From Mobula birostris (taxonomy: Eukaryota), in NCBI RefSeq assembly GCF_030028105.1, contig NW_027276868.1, positions 186,001 to 250,000 of the forward strand: 64,000 nt of DNA, written 5' to 3'. Positions 1-13,400 of the stretch are shown piece by piece. Position numbers and translations under genes: made by a program. The notes beneath the pieces were generated by a model. It saw only the letters and a program-made list of their open reading frames with translations, did no database searches and was not told where the DNA came from. The number at the start of each line of letters is the position of its first letter. Position 1 is the stretch's first letter.

Positions 1-84
1 CTGGATATCCTTGCGGACAAATCACTGAAAGCTAACACGCAGGTGTAGCAAGAAGTTATAAAAGCCAATGATACAGTATCAAAA

Positions 85-210
85 ACAAGAGAAAATCTGC
101 AGATGCTGGAAATCCGAGCAACACACACAAAACACAGGAGAAACTCAGCAGGCCAGGCAGCATCCATGGAAAGAAGTACAGTCGATGTTTCAGGCCGAAA
201 CCCTTCAGCA
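85..210 (-). repeat. Penelope-type terminal-repeat fragment with degenerate hammerhead motif
   Basis: Reverse complement reads GAGTT CTGCTGA AGGGTTTCGGCCT GAAAC ATC GACTG; shares the gaactcagcaggccaggcagcatc block with other copies. Confidence 0.65.
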
Positions 211-309
211 GAACTCAGTATGACACAGTGCGTTTGGTCCATATTATGCAAGAATTTGAGAACAGGGGTAAAATACTTTTTGGGATTATGTGGGGTCTTA
301 ATGAGACTC

Positions 310-623
310 AATGAGTGTTGGCACATGGCCAAGTGGTTAAGGCATTTGTCTAGTGATTTGAAGGTCGCTAGTTCGAGCCTTGGCTGAGGCAGCATGTTAT
401 GTCCTTGAGCAAGGTACTTAACCACACATTGCTCTGCGACGACACCGATTCCAAGCTGTATGGGTCCTAATGCCCTTCCCTTGGACAACATCGGTGGCAT
501 GGAGAGGGGAGACTTGCAGCATGGGCAATTGCTGGTCTTCCATACAACCTTGCCCAGGCTTGCACCCTGGAAAGCCTTCCAAGGCACAAATCCATGGTCT
601 CATGAGACTAACAGTTGCCTATG
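310..623 (+). mobile_element. tRNA-derived SINE with CORE-like middle and RTE-like tail
   Basis: A box TGGCCAAGTGG, B box GTTCGAGCC, gtccttgagcaaggtacttaacc; 9-bp TSD ATGAGACTC at 301-309 and 624-632. Confidence 0.8.
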
Positions 624-2199
624 ATGAGACTCTAGTGCTCAGTTTTGGTCTCCTTATAAATATATACCTGCCATAGAAGGAGTTACAGTGATGACATGTT
701 TGCAAAATGAGGAGTACTTCAAACTTTTCCCTTATTATCCAGCAGTCGGGAGAAATGAAAGGTAATCTCATTCAAATGTACAAAGTTCTTACAGGGCTCA
801 ATAAGGTATTTGTATGGAGAATATTTCCCCTTACTGGGCAGTCTACAAACAACTGGTCACGTCTTAGTTTAAGGGCTAGTCCATTTAAGACTGAGATGAG
901 GGGATTCTTGTGCACTCAAAAGTTGGCAAATGTTTGGAATTCTGTACCCTGGAAAGGTATGGAAGTTTGATCACTGGGTTTATTCAAAGCAGAGAACAAT
1001 GGATTCCTGAATATTAAGGCAATTGGGGGAAGTGGAGCTAAAGCAGGTCAGCCATGATAAAATAAGGAAGATATTAGTAAGTTACAAAGGGGCACAGATA
1101 GGTTAAATCGGTGAAAAAAGATCTGGCAAATGAAATACCATATGGGAAAACTTTGTCCAGAGAATTAAAGCATAGACATGTCAGGCGAATGTATGAGATT
1201 GCCGAGGTCTCAGGTGCGGGCAGGTCTGAGTGTACAAACGCAAGATCCACAAAAGCAGGGTTAATGCTAAGACACAGATAGAGTACTGTGTAAGGTATTG
1301 GTTTCTTTGCTTAAGGCAGGATTTTAATGAGTGGAAAGCAGATCAGCAGATTTACTAGACTGATAGTACTTGGAATGGGCAGTTGTCTTATGAGGAAAGG
1401 TTGAATAGAGTAAGTTTGCATCTGCTAGAGTTTAAAAGACAGAAAGAGAACTCTGAGGGATCTTGACAGAGATCCCTTCTTCTTATAATCTTTCTTCTTA
1501 TAAAAGAGCCTGAAACCAGAGCTCACTGTTTAAAAATAAGGGATTGAGAACTTAAGATAGATGAGATTTTTTTTTCTCCCTCAGAGGATCATGACCATTT
1601 GACGAGGGAGGCGGAAGCAGTGTCTTCGAATATTCTTAAAGATGAGTTGGCTAAATTCTTGATGAGCAAGGGGTTGAAAGGTTACTGGGGGTAGGCAAGA
1701 TTGTGGAGCCAAGGTTGCAGTCAGTGCAACGTTGGAAGGCAGAGCTGAGTGACTACACCTGTTCCCAATACTTAGATTCATAATTTCGAATGGTCTTGAT
1801 GAACGCTGAAGCAAAGCTCATGGAGACAGATGGCCTACACCTGCTCCTCGTTCTTATGTTATCATACCTAATTCAACACAGCCAGTAAAATCCCAGTTAG
1901 TGCTTCATATTATTCCAATAGATAAAACATTGTTTACTCAGATTAACTGCTGTAAGAATCACTGCTTATCCTCCAATTATTAACGGTGTGAAGCGCTTTG
2001 AAATATTTCACTGTAATGAAGTTTTATCATTTCTATTGAAAGGAATGACTTGAAGATGGCACGGCAGCCTATTTAGATTCTTTAAAACTCCTTTCTCAAA
2101 GCTGCACTTTTCAAATTTTTAATTAAACTAAAGCTTTATTAATCCAGAGTAAGCATGAGATTTGTGTGAAAACAGGTTGAAAGTCGGAATCGGAAACGG

Positions 2200-2398
2200 T
2201 TTTGCTCTCCTGCTATCAAAGAATCAGATCACCTATCACCTTGTGTTTCTTCCTCCCCTCCCCCCACCTTCTAACTCTGACTCCTCAGCTTTTTCCCTCC
2301 AATCCTACTGAAGGGTCTCGGCCCGAAATGTCAACTGTACTCTTTTGCATAGATGCTGCCTGGCCCGCTGAGTTCTTCCAGCATTTTGTGTGTGTTGC
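2200..2398 (+). repeat. Penelope-type terminal-repeat fragment with mutated hammerhead core
   Basis: CTACTGA AGGGTCTCGGCCC GAAAT GTC AACTG followed by gatgctgcctggcccgctgagttcttccagcattttgtgtg. Confidence 0.65.
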
Positions 2399-4587
2399 CA
2401 GGCCGGAACATTCCCCTGAATTTGAGGCCGATGTTAATTAGTCTCATGACTAAATCCTATGTATTCATGTAGGCAGCTGCATGCTCCTCATTTTGATTCA
2501 TGATCATGGGGTCGGACTATCTTTACTCAGGTTGGCTAGATCAGCTTGATTAACACGTGATTCTGCTCTTTCCACAAGGATGCTTTTGCATTCCTTTCCC
2601 TCTCTTTTTCAGCTGTTTGCCTTTGATTCTTAACAATGCAAGGCCCTCTGAGCATAGAATTAAGTCATAACACTGATATAGAGCGTTTAATTCATCTGAA
2701 TCTTTTGAGCTATGGCTCGCGCCTTTGTGAATGGAGGCAGGATGCAGCCCATCAATACATCCAGGTGATCACAGCAATCTGGTTCACCCAAGTGGCATCA
2801 CTTCACCATGTAAAAAAGAAGCAGAGAGAAAGCACATTTCTGCCGGGGAGCAGCCTTCCCTGAATACCAAAGCAACACTAAGTTGTATGTTTTGCCAGCA
2901 GGCTCTTTAATGACAAGCTTTAGAACAGAGGTGGTTTTAATTCCATTGAAGTACAGGCACAGGTGAACTGCATGATCGATTAATGCATGTGAACCAGTGA
3001 CTACCATCTTGTAGTCTCTTTTCAAGGGATCAGCCAGCCTGACCGGCCTTAATGAAGGTACAAATTAGGAGAAAGACACTCAGCTCTTTAATCCACTCTG
3101 CCATGCAATAAAGTCATAGCTGATCTATTTATAAACTCAACTGCACATTCTCGCCCATGCTCTGCAACCTTTCCACACCTTACTCATCGAGTATCTGTCT
3201 TAAGAATATTTAGAGGCTCCGCTTCTTCCTCCCCTTGCTGAAGAAGTACTTCTGCCCTTCAGGGAAAAAAAAATGCCTCATCTCTATCATAAGTATGTGT
3301 TCCTTATTTTTAAAGAGTGGCTGTTGATTCTAGATTGGCCCAAAAAGGGAAACATCCTGTCCATGTTCACCTCATCATGACCCCTCATGATCTTACTGCA
3401 TCCTTCTAGGCTCAGCCGATACAAGCATAGCCTGCACGTTCCAGGTCTTCCTCCTCCTTGTCGGAACGGCTTCTAGTGCATTGAAACCCTTCCCCAAAAC
3501 GAGGAGGCAAAACTTTAATTAAACGTGTGTCCCATGTCAGGAGTCAAGGAACATTTCAGCTTCTGCTGAATGGTCTTTGGCTGCAAACTGAGCCCCTGAG
3601 TGTTTCCAGCATTTTCTGCTCTCATTTCAGAGTTCCAGCAAATGCAGTTTTTATTTAAATTTCCGATTTGCAGTTTTCTTACGGTATAGCACTTTCCTGA
3701 GTTGCAATTTATGTGCGAGAAGCATGCAGCTTCCTTCTTATTAACTGCCTCATCTGCGATGACCCTCCCATTTTCTGTTGGGTCGTTGTTGGCCGTGCTT
3801 TCTCCATGGCTCTGCTATCTGCTCTAGTGCTTGGAGCAATAGTAAGGTAAGGAAGACTCATTATCATATCAGGAATGAATCTGATAGGTAAAAGTTCCAT
3901 CTGTTGTAACAATACAGAAAAATTACATCACAGCAGGAAATCTAATGCTCAAGGTAAACCTTTTTCCTTCTTTGGTTTTTGGATTTAGAAGCAAGCCAAA
4001 AAGCAGAAATCCCAGATAGTAATAGCAACGGAATTTGGGCAACGGCAGAGTTTTAAAACTTCCTAGTGTTTCATGGATGCCGGAGTCCAAACACTTTTAT
4101 AGCATATCAGTTTTTTCTCTTTGCCAGCAACACGCAAACAAGATACTGGAGGAACTCAGCAGGTCAGGCAGCAACTATGGAGGGGAATGAATGGTCAACA
4201 GTTCAGCCCAGGGCACCAGCAGAGCCCTGATGTCTTTTGAATAGTGCCATTAGATCCTTTACTTTCCACCAGAGAGAGCAGACAGCTCTTCCGGCGATGT
4301 AATAGGCCTTCGGGTTCGGATCAAACCGGCGGCACAGCATATATTCTCAATTCGTTGAATGTGGTTTGAATCAGACTCTGACTCCGTGAGTGCTGCCACT
4401 AACGAAAGCTAACACAATATCTACAATCACACATAGTTAAGTGGTTCATCTCTGGCGGTATTCAGTCCCGTTGAGTCTTAACCCAAAAGGAGATGCAACT
4501 GACTTGACACCCTATTCTGACCTCAATCAGAGCTACATTGGCAGAATGCCACTCGACGAATGCATTTCAAGCCTTCTGCAATCTTAA

Positions 4588-4975
4588 GTGGGTAGTGCAG
4601 TGGTGCGGCGAGTAGAGCCACTGCCTCACAGCACCAGTTTAATCCTGACCTCGGGTGCTGCCTGTTTGGAGTTTGCACGTTCTCTCTCTGTGATTGTGTG
4701 CGATTGCTTCGAGTGTCCCAGTTTCCTCCCATGTCCCAAGAAGTGGAGTTTGCTAGGTTAATTGTCCACTGTACGTTGCCCAGATTGTGTCAGTGAGTGG
4801 AAGAATCTGAATAAATGTGAAAAGAATTTTTTTCCTTTTTTTTCTTTTTCAGTATTAATCCCATTTTAAAAATTCTTTTCAAAAATAAAAATATTGAAAA
4901 GAATTTTTTAAATGGGATTAATGTAAAGTGGTCAGTGCAAACTCAATGGGCTGAATGGCCTGTTTCTAGGCTATA
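4588..4975 (+). mobile_element. V-SINE (HE1-like)
   Basis: V-domain-like tggagtttgcacgttctc...tttcctcccatgtcccaaga; CR1-like tail. Confidence 0.7.
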
Positions 4976-5460
4976 AAGTATGATTCTCTGATTTGTTTTA
5001 AAATATGATTACAAATTTCAAAAAAAGATCTTATTTTGCCACACACATTAAATGCTTGAGGAACTCAGCAGGTCAGGCATCATCGATGGAAAAGATGATG
5101 AAGGGTCTCAGCCTGAAATGTTGACTGTTTTACTCTGCCTGACCTGCTGAGTTTCTCCAGCACTTTGTGGGTGTCGTTTTGGATTTCCAGCATCTCCAGA
5201 TTTTCTCATGTTTGTGATCTTATTTTGCCACTTTTCCGAGCTGATGTGTCTGTGACAGCCTGCTGGAGACAAGTTGAACCTTCCTTCTTCTAAAAACTTA
5301 ACCCCACTCCCCACCTCAAATCACCTCAGGGAAGTAGCAAATCCAGACAGTTAAAACGTTGTCTTGGAAATCTGTCACCTCCACTGAAGATCAGCTGAAC
5401 CAAGATCAGGAAACTCTTTTCCTAGATGCTGCCTGGCCTGCTGAGTTCCTCCTGCATTTT

Positions 5461-5775
5461 AACAGATTTGACATAGAAAACCTACAGCACAATACAGGTC
5501 CTTCGGCCCACATTGCTGTGCGGAAATTACCTAGGGTTACCCATAGCCGTCTATTTTTCTGAGCTTCATGTACCTGTCCAGGAGTCTCTTAAAAGACCCT
5601 ATTGTATCCACCTCCACCACCGTCACCAGCAGCCCATTCCACGCACTCACCACTCTCTGCATAAAAAACTTACCCCTGACATCTCTTCTGTACCTACTTC
5701 CAAGCACCTTAAAACTGTACCCTCTCATGCTAGCCATTTCAGCCCTGGGAAAAAGCCTCTGACTATCCACACGAT
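5461..5775 (-). mobile_element. CR1 3' fragment inserted into a Penelope-type repeat
   Basis: ORF 5537-5902(-) DRVDSQRLFPR...VVSAWNGL; CATTTT duplicated at 5455-5460 and 5776-5781. Confidence 0.85.
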
Positions 5776-8700
5776 CATTTTGAGTTTGTTGCTCGGATTT
5801 CCAACATCTGCAGATTCTCTCTTGTTTGCGATTAGAAAAGTCCCGTGGTATCAACTCATTAAAGATACATTTCCTATGTATTCTCAGAATTACTCTAGTC
5901 ACTGTTGTGACTTTTGTAAATGAGCTTCAGGATGCTAATATAGATATATACCTGTCTGTGTCTTAGTGACACTGTGCCCAGTTTCCCAAGTTTGATCATC
6001 AATGCTTTGTTGATGGCTGGGTTATATCAATGGAACATCATTATATATTTTTTTCAACCATGACCTGCAGCTCTCTGTGGCCTCTGTGAACCCAAATGTC
6101 TGTGCTGAGTGTAATTAATCCCTGCTGTGGTTGGTCGAAGTAGCTTACAATGGACAGCAGATACCTTAAAGTTTAGCTTTATAATAAACATTCATGTTAT
6201 TAATGTATATGTCAAATGTATATGTTTTTATAGTTGATGTTTAAGTATCATGTGGCAGAGGGTTTTGTGGAGAAAACTGTAATAAGTGAGAGGAGTTGTG
6301 TCAGGAAGTCATCGTAACTGCAAGTCCCAGTTATTGTGACTGTGAATAGCAGTCAGCATAAAATAAAAACTGCCTCAACTGCTTACAAGGGTCTAAAATA
6401 AAAACAAGAGATGCTGGAAACACTCAACAGGTCAGGACCCATTTGTAGAAGAGAAGCAGAGCTAACGTCTCAGGTCAATAGTTTTTCATCAAAATTGGGA
6501 AAAAAGCAAAGAAGCTTATCAAGCTGCAGGAAGGGAGGATGGCTATAATAGGGTAAAAGCAGGGAATAGGCTGGACAGTGAGAGAATGGTCGCAGTTAAG
6601 CAGTGGGGCCATTTGCAAAGGAACATGGACAAGAAACTGTAGAGGTTGTGAAATGCAGAGCAAAAAGACATGTCCAGAAGGCCATGCTGGGCATTTCCTC
6701 CACTTCCAGAGCGATATAACAAACAATCGTATCCAAAATCACAGATGGGCAACTGATACAGACAGAGAAATCAAGTTACATGCTGTTGAAGAATTCAGTG
6801 TGAAGGCCAGAAGACTGCTGGGCATGTCCTCCTACTCTGTATTTCACAGCTCCTACAAACGTCTGTCTCACTCTCACCTTCTCACTCTCTCACTGCTTGG
6901 GCTCATTCACTGACCAGATGACCTTGTTTACAGCTTATCCCCACAGCCATCTGCTTTCACCCCGTCTGAGGCATCCTCCCTCCCCCAACCACCGTTCAGG
7001 TGGACAAATCTGAGTCTAACTGAGACATCCTCCCTCCCCCAACCACCGTTCAGGTGGACAAACTTCTTTCATTTGCTTCCCAATTCTGACAAAGCGTCTC
7101 TGACCTAAAGCATTGGCTCTGTTTCTCTTCGCACCAATGTGACTTGAGTATTTCCAGTATTTTATGATTTTATCCTGGATTTCCAGTATCTGCATAGTTT
7201 TGATAGTCCTTCAGAAAAAGAGTTCAAGGACATCAGAACATCATTAAGAAAACCTTCAGCAAGCAGAGTGAGAAAAGACTCCCACTGATGCAGTTGACCC
7301 TATTAATTAATTATTTCTAAAAATTACAGAAGTAAATTTTTTAACAGGATTAGGACTTTGGGTGTCCTTTCAAAAGAGAGGAAGGAAAAATCATAGGCAC
7401 TGTATCCCTATATTTTCTGTACAATTCCCTGGCATTGGTATCAGCAGAGAATCACCCTGCAGTTCATGTCCAGGCTGATGAAGTATTCCATGAATGTTCT
7501 GGCTCTAATGCTGCAAGAACTCTGGAGATGTGGCTGCAGAAAATAAACAATCAGGAATAAGGAGTGGAAGACAATTAATTTTCTGGACCTTTGGAGCTCT
7601 GGGAATTTTTATACCAAACTTTCCTTGAGGAAAAATATATATGCAGAAAAATTCTTAATAGTAAATGACATGCAGCGGACAGAATGGGAAAGCCCGAAAG
7701 CCTACTTAACTTAAATTATCTTAATTCTTTCTTTAGGATTTTAATGTTTCAGGATTTGACTTGGCAATGCACCTGAAGTTGAATTTGGTTTACCTGTGGG
7801 GATTGGTCAGCGTGATAAGCAAGCCATGAGCATTACAGTGAGAAGCTTTCACTTTCCTATTTGTTTGAGCCCTACAGGACAATGTGTTGGAATGTCAATA
7901 ATGGCTTCAATGTTGCGGATTAGAATGAAGCTTAATGCAGGAATAACAAAATGAGTTTTCTTTCATGATTCCTGTGTCATTTTTTTTGGTTTTATGGAAG
8001 GTATTGGGAAACTTAATTATATTAAAAGCACTAGCCCCTAGCAAATGTAAATAAATGCAATTTTTATAATTGCAAATTGCTTTGTAAAACACAGCGTGAA
8101 TAAAACATAAAAATCCATTAAAAATTTCAGATCCTTCTGTTTTGTTCATAACTGTGAAGCAGAAAATATCAGTCTGCCTAAAATCAAGCTAATTCAAATA
8201 AAGCATTTGGTTTGGCCTAGTTAATAAATCTGAATTCATCAGCAAACTCTGATTGTAATAAGTCAAGTTTGAATATTAACTTCTCGAAGTGGTATGACAT
8301 ACAGTTAGTTTCTGTAAGCAGTGAGTCAGTATCATACCTTTTACCTCTAGCACTTGACTGGCAAATGGTATAATCTATTCTCTCTCATAATTTGGATGAA
8401 GTGGAGCTGAATCCTTTTAAGCAGTAAAGTTTCACAGCATTTCATATTGGCTCTCTCAGAGACTCCTCACTGATGACTTTTCCTGGTCTCAATGGGATCC
8501 AATCAATAGAGTGGATGGAGTTTTGATTTTACCGGTGGCTATAAACTGATAGGTACTGAGACTGGGTGAAAAAGGGATGTTCATCCATGCTGAGATTAGC
8601 ATTGTCGTGATAGTACCTGGAAACTATTAATTTGCAATGAAGTATGATGGACGTGTTCAGAATTCTAGGGCTACAACAAAGTAGAGTGAAAGGATACTGA

Positions 8701-9466
8701 TGTCTTCTGGATTACACCCGTTTACAGGCAATGACTGTATCACTAACCACCTTTAGATTACACACTGTGCACTAATACAAAGCTTATGTTATCTTTTCAA
8801 ATCGGAGACTGATAGTAATGATGTGTGGACCCATTGATTATGCTGTGTGTTTTATAAATTCTTTTCCCCTGAAGACCAACAACAGAATTGTCCTCCTTCC
8901 CACCGGTTAATTCCTTAGGACCTACAGCTTTTGTTTGGAGTGTTTTTATTCTCTCAGATCTGCTCAAGACGAGCATGTAATCCAGAGGCTATGAATTTCC
9001 AGATGTTCAATGCTCAAGACTGTAATTCTGCATCATCTCACACCTGGGCCACCAGGTGCACGGCCGAAGAACTACAAGTGAAACGAGTATTTATCCATCT
9101 TGCTTCACTTGCCATGGATGATTATGGAGAGGCACAGGCAGAAATAGTGCTGCTTTAACCCAGAGCTGCCAAGCATTCTGATTTGATCAAAGAGACAAAC
9201 TATTTGGAGCAATAAGGGCAGAAAGAAAGGGTTGCATTTGTATTGTCCCTTTACGCCTCCAGCATATGCCATAGCAGCAGGTTTCAAATGAAATATAGCT
9301 TATGGCAATTTTAATATAAACTAATGCAGAAGTCCATTTGTATCCAATAAAGATCCTGAAAACAAGAGTGAAATGAACAGCCAGATCACCTGCAAAGAGT
9401 ATGCCCAGGCTGTCTACTTCCTTGTGTGGTTAATGACTGCTTTCTTTTTCCTGTGATTGTACTTAG

Positions 9467-9499
9467 GGTGACCCTGGATCTTCAGCTGCAGGAATAAAG
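9467..9499 (+). CDS. COL25A1: COL25A1 exon, GDPGSSAAGIK (33 nt)
   Basis: Pyrimidine tract then acttag|GGT...AAG|gttaga; peptide identical to recalled human COL25A1 GDPGSSAAGIK. Confidence 0.93.
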
Positions 9500-9601
9500 G
9501 TTAGACGGGTCCTTCTACTGAAGTTCCAGGCTCTAATGTTTCTTTGGCTCTATTTGGACCATTGGGTGAATGGCATCTTTCTTTTAATGTTTACTCTACA
9601 G

Positions 9602-9637
9602 GGAGAACCAGGTGAAACTGGAGCTCATGGACAAAAG
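9602..9637 (+). CDS. COL25A1: COL25A1 exon, GEPGETGAHGQK (36 nt)
   Basis: ctacag|GGA...AAG|gtaaat; Gly-X-Y; human counterpart GEPGESGRPGQK. Confidence 0.93.
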
Positions 9638-10484
9638 GTAAATCAGAGGACAAAAAAGCATGCCTTGTGTTCTTTCTATCTGTTATATGACTATGAGTTT
9701 GCAGATGGGTTAGTCTTCGGGCAGAGTGATTTGGGCTTTCTGGATTTGCTTTTGCATCTGCTGATTACCTAGGAAGGAAAGAACAAGAGGAAATAATTAA
9801 CATGGGGGCAGGGACAGGCATCTCAGATGATAACCAAAGCTGACTATACAATAGCAAGCAGTTCGGAATAAGTCAAAGTAATAACAATTAAAGGATTGTG
9901 ATGTTTTCACTAACACACTTTATTGTGTTGCCCTAACACGCTCTAATCCTGAATGCTTTACTAAAACACTACCTTGTGAATTTCATACTCTTAAAAAACA
10001 ATCATAAGAGATCATGATGAAGTTTTGAACATATCTACCAAACTTAAATTTATGAAGTACTTTTTGTACTTTCTAATTCTTTGTGTTTTTTTTTCATCTA
10101 TACAATTTTGCAGTTCTCAATCCTTCACCAGGGATAATCTGAGTACATTGGATTTTAAAAGTTCAAATCTGTCCTGAAATCTACTTTTTTCAATAAATCT
10201 CGTTTTTTATTCTTCAAATTACAGCACTTTTGATTTGTTTTTAGTGATTAATTTAATATCATCCTGAAGTATTTGCAAGGAGAATAAATAAGGTTGACCT
10301 TTGACAGAACTGAGAAAGGTATTGTCAGTAAAAATACATTTAATATTAATGGGCCAAAAATTACGTGCAATCCTTCTCTTCCTTTATGAAGACAAATCAT
10401 GTTTGTATAGAAATTACTAGGAATTAAAACCTACTATATTCCGAAGAGCAGTTTCAGCCTGAAGTTGTAGACCAGGAATAAAAC

Positions 10485-13400
10485 CATAAGTCCACAAGAC
10501 ATGGGAGCAGAATTAAGCCATTTGGCCCATCGAGTCTGCTCTGCCATTTCATCATGGCTGATCCATTTCCCTCTCAACCCCAATCTCTTGCCTTCTCCCC
10601 GTAACCTTTTACATCCGACTAATCAAGAGTCTATCAACCTCCGCCTTAAAAGCACCCAGTGACCTATCCTTCACAGCCACCTTTGGCAACAAATTCCACA
10701 GATTCATCTCCCCCTGGCTAAATAAATCCTCCTATTCTTTATTTAAAAATGAATGCTGCTCTATTTTGAGACTGTGCCCGCAGGTTCTAGACTCCCCCAC
10801 CATAGGAAACATCTTCTACACATCCACTCTGTCTAGGCCTTTCAACATTTGATGGGTTTCAATGAGATTCCACACCCCGCCGTTCTTCTAAATTCCAGTG
10901 AGCCTTCAATCACTGCTCATTGGATAACTTTTTCATTCCCGGAATCATTCTTGTGAACTTCCTCTGAACCATCTCCGATGTCAGCACATCCTTTCTTAAA
11001 TAAGGGGACAAAAACTGCTCACAAGACTCCAAGTGAAGCCTCACCATTGCCTTATAAAGCCTCAGCATTACATCCTTACATTTGTCTTCCTCACCACTGA
11101 TTCAACCTGCAAATTAACCTTTAGAGAATCCTCCATGAGGACTCCCAAATCCCTTTGCAACTCGGATTTTTAATTTCCTTTCCATTTAGAAAATAGTCTA
11201 CACTTTTATTCCTTCTCCCATTCAATTCCCAACACTGTATTCCATCTGCCACTTCATTACCCGTTCTCCTAATCTGTCTAAGTCCTTCTGCAGGCTCCCT
11301 GCTTCCTCATCACTACCTGCCCCTCCACCTATCTTTGTATCATCTGCAAACTTGGCCACAAAGCCACCAATTTCATCATCCAAATCAGTGGCATACAATG
11401 TAAAAAGAAGCTGTCCCAACACAGACCCGTGTGGAACACCACTAGTCACTAGCGACCAGCCAGAAAAGGCTCCCTTTATTCCCACTCTTTGCCTCCTGCC
11501 AACCAGCCAATGCTCTATCCATGCTAGTATCTTTCCTGTAATACCCTGGGCTCTTACCTCATTTAGGAACCTCATGTGCAGCAACTTGTCAAGGTTCTTC
11601 TGAAAAGCCAAGTACACAACATCCACCGATTATCCTTTGACTATACTGCTTGTTATTTCTCAAAGAATTCCAACAGATTTGTCAAGCAAGGTTTTCCCTT
11701 AAGGAAACTATGCTGACTTTGGCCTATTTGTCATGTGCCTCCAGGTACCCAAAAACCACATCCTTAACAATTGACTCCAACAATTTTTAATTGGGGAAGG
11801 GCAAATTATGAGGCTATAAGGCTAGAACTTGTGGGTGTGAATTGGGATGATGTTTTTGCAGGGAAATGCACTAAGGACATGTGGTCGTTGTTTAGGGATC
11901 TCTTGCAGGATGTTAGGGATAAATTTGTCCCGATGAGGAAGATAAAGAATGGTAGGGTGAAGAAACCATGGGTGACAAGTGAGGTGGAAAATCTAGACAA
12001 GTGGAAGAAGGCAGCATACATGAGGTTTAGGAAGCAAGGATCAGATGGGTCTATTGAGGAATATAGGGTAGCAAGAAAGGAGCTTAAGAAGGGGCTGAGA
12101 AGAGCAAGAAGGGGGCATGAGAAGGCCTTGGTGAGTAGGGTAAAGGAAAACCCCAAGGCATTCTTCAATTATGTGAAGAACAAAAGGATGACAGGAGTGA
12201 AGGTAGGACTGATTAGAGATAAAGGTGGGAAGATGTGCCTGGAGGCTGTGGAAGTGAGTGAGGTCCTCAATGAATACTTCTCTTCGGTATTCACCAATGA
12301 GAGGGAACTTGATGACGGTGAGGACAATATGAGTGAGGTTGATGTTCTGGAGCATGTTGATATTAAGGGAGAGGAGGTGTTGGAGTTGTTAAAATACATT
12401 AGGACGGAGAAGTCCCCGGGGCCTGACGGAATATTCCCCAGGCTGCTCCACGAGGCGAGGGAAGAGATTGCTGAGCCTCTGTCTAGGATCCTTACGTCTT
12501 CATTGTCCACGGGAATGGTACCGGAGGACTGGAGGGAGGCGAATGTTGTCCCCTTGTTCAAAAAAGGTAGTAGGGATAGTCCAGGTAATTATAGACCAGT
12601 GAGCCTTACGTCTGTGGTAGGAAAGCTATTGGAAAAGATTCTTAGAAATAGGATCTATGGTCATTTAGAAAATCATGGTCTGATCAGGGACAGTCAGCAT
12701 GGCTTTGTGAAGGGCAGATCATGTCTAACAAGCCTGATAGAGTTCTTTGAGGAGGTTACCAGGCATATAGATGAGGGTAGTGCAGTGGATGTGATCTACA
12801 TGGATTTTAGTAAGGCATTTGACAAGGTTCCACACGGTAAGCTTATCCAGAAAGTCAGAAGGCATGGGATCCAGGGAAGTTTGGCCAGGTGGATTCAGAA
12901 TTGGCTTGCCTGCAGAAGGCAGAGGGTCGTGGTGGAGGGAGTACATTCAGACTGGAGGGTTGTGACTAGTGGTGTCCCACAAGGATCTGTTCTGGGACCT
13001 CTACTTTTTGTGATTTTCATTAATGACCTAGATGTGGGGGTAGAAGGGTGTGTTGGCAAGTTTGCAGACGACACAAAGGTTGATGGTGTTGTAGATAGTG
13101 TAGGGAATTGTCAAAGATTGCAGAGAGACATTGATAGGATGCAGAAGTGGGCTGAGAAATGGCAGACTGAGTTCAACCCGGAGAAGTGTGAGGTGGTACA
13201 CTTTGGAAGGACAAACTCCAAGGCAGAGTACAAAGTAAATGGCAGGATACTTGGTAGTGTGGAGGAGCAGAGGGATCTGGGGGTACATGTCCACAGATCC
13301 CTGAAAGTTGCCTCACAGGTAGATAGGGAGTTAAGAAAGCTTATGGGGTGTTAGCTTTCATAAGTCGAGAGATAGAGTTTAAGAGTCGCGATATAATGCT

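Larger units (their letters stand above)
1..1860 (+). mobile_element. Degenerate CR1-type LINE 3' fragments, interrupted by younger inserts
   Basis: ORF 707-970 resembles the CR1 ORF2 C-terminus (MKGNLIQMYKVL...FKTEMR...VWNSVP); CR1-like 3' UTRs; boundaries approximate. Confidence 0.75.

Noticed and set aside
310-390. tRNA gene
   Set aside because: It is the tRNA-derived head of a TSD-flanked SINE, without a convincing cloverleaf
2613-2670. Possible exon after a strong pyrimidine tract (CLPLILNNARP, loosely like COL13A1 NC2)
   Set aside because: Wrong phase, no good donor, and the many COL2 exons expected between NC2 and 9467 are absent
1-9466. Upstream collagen exons such as GDTGEK
   Set aside because: No Gly-X-Y exon with valid splice sites found by eye; probably outside the window, though a very small exon could be missed
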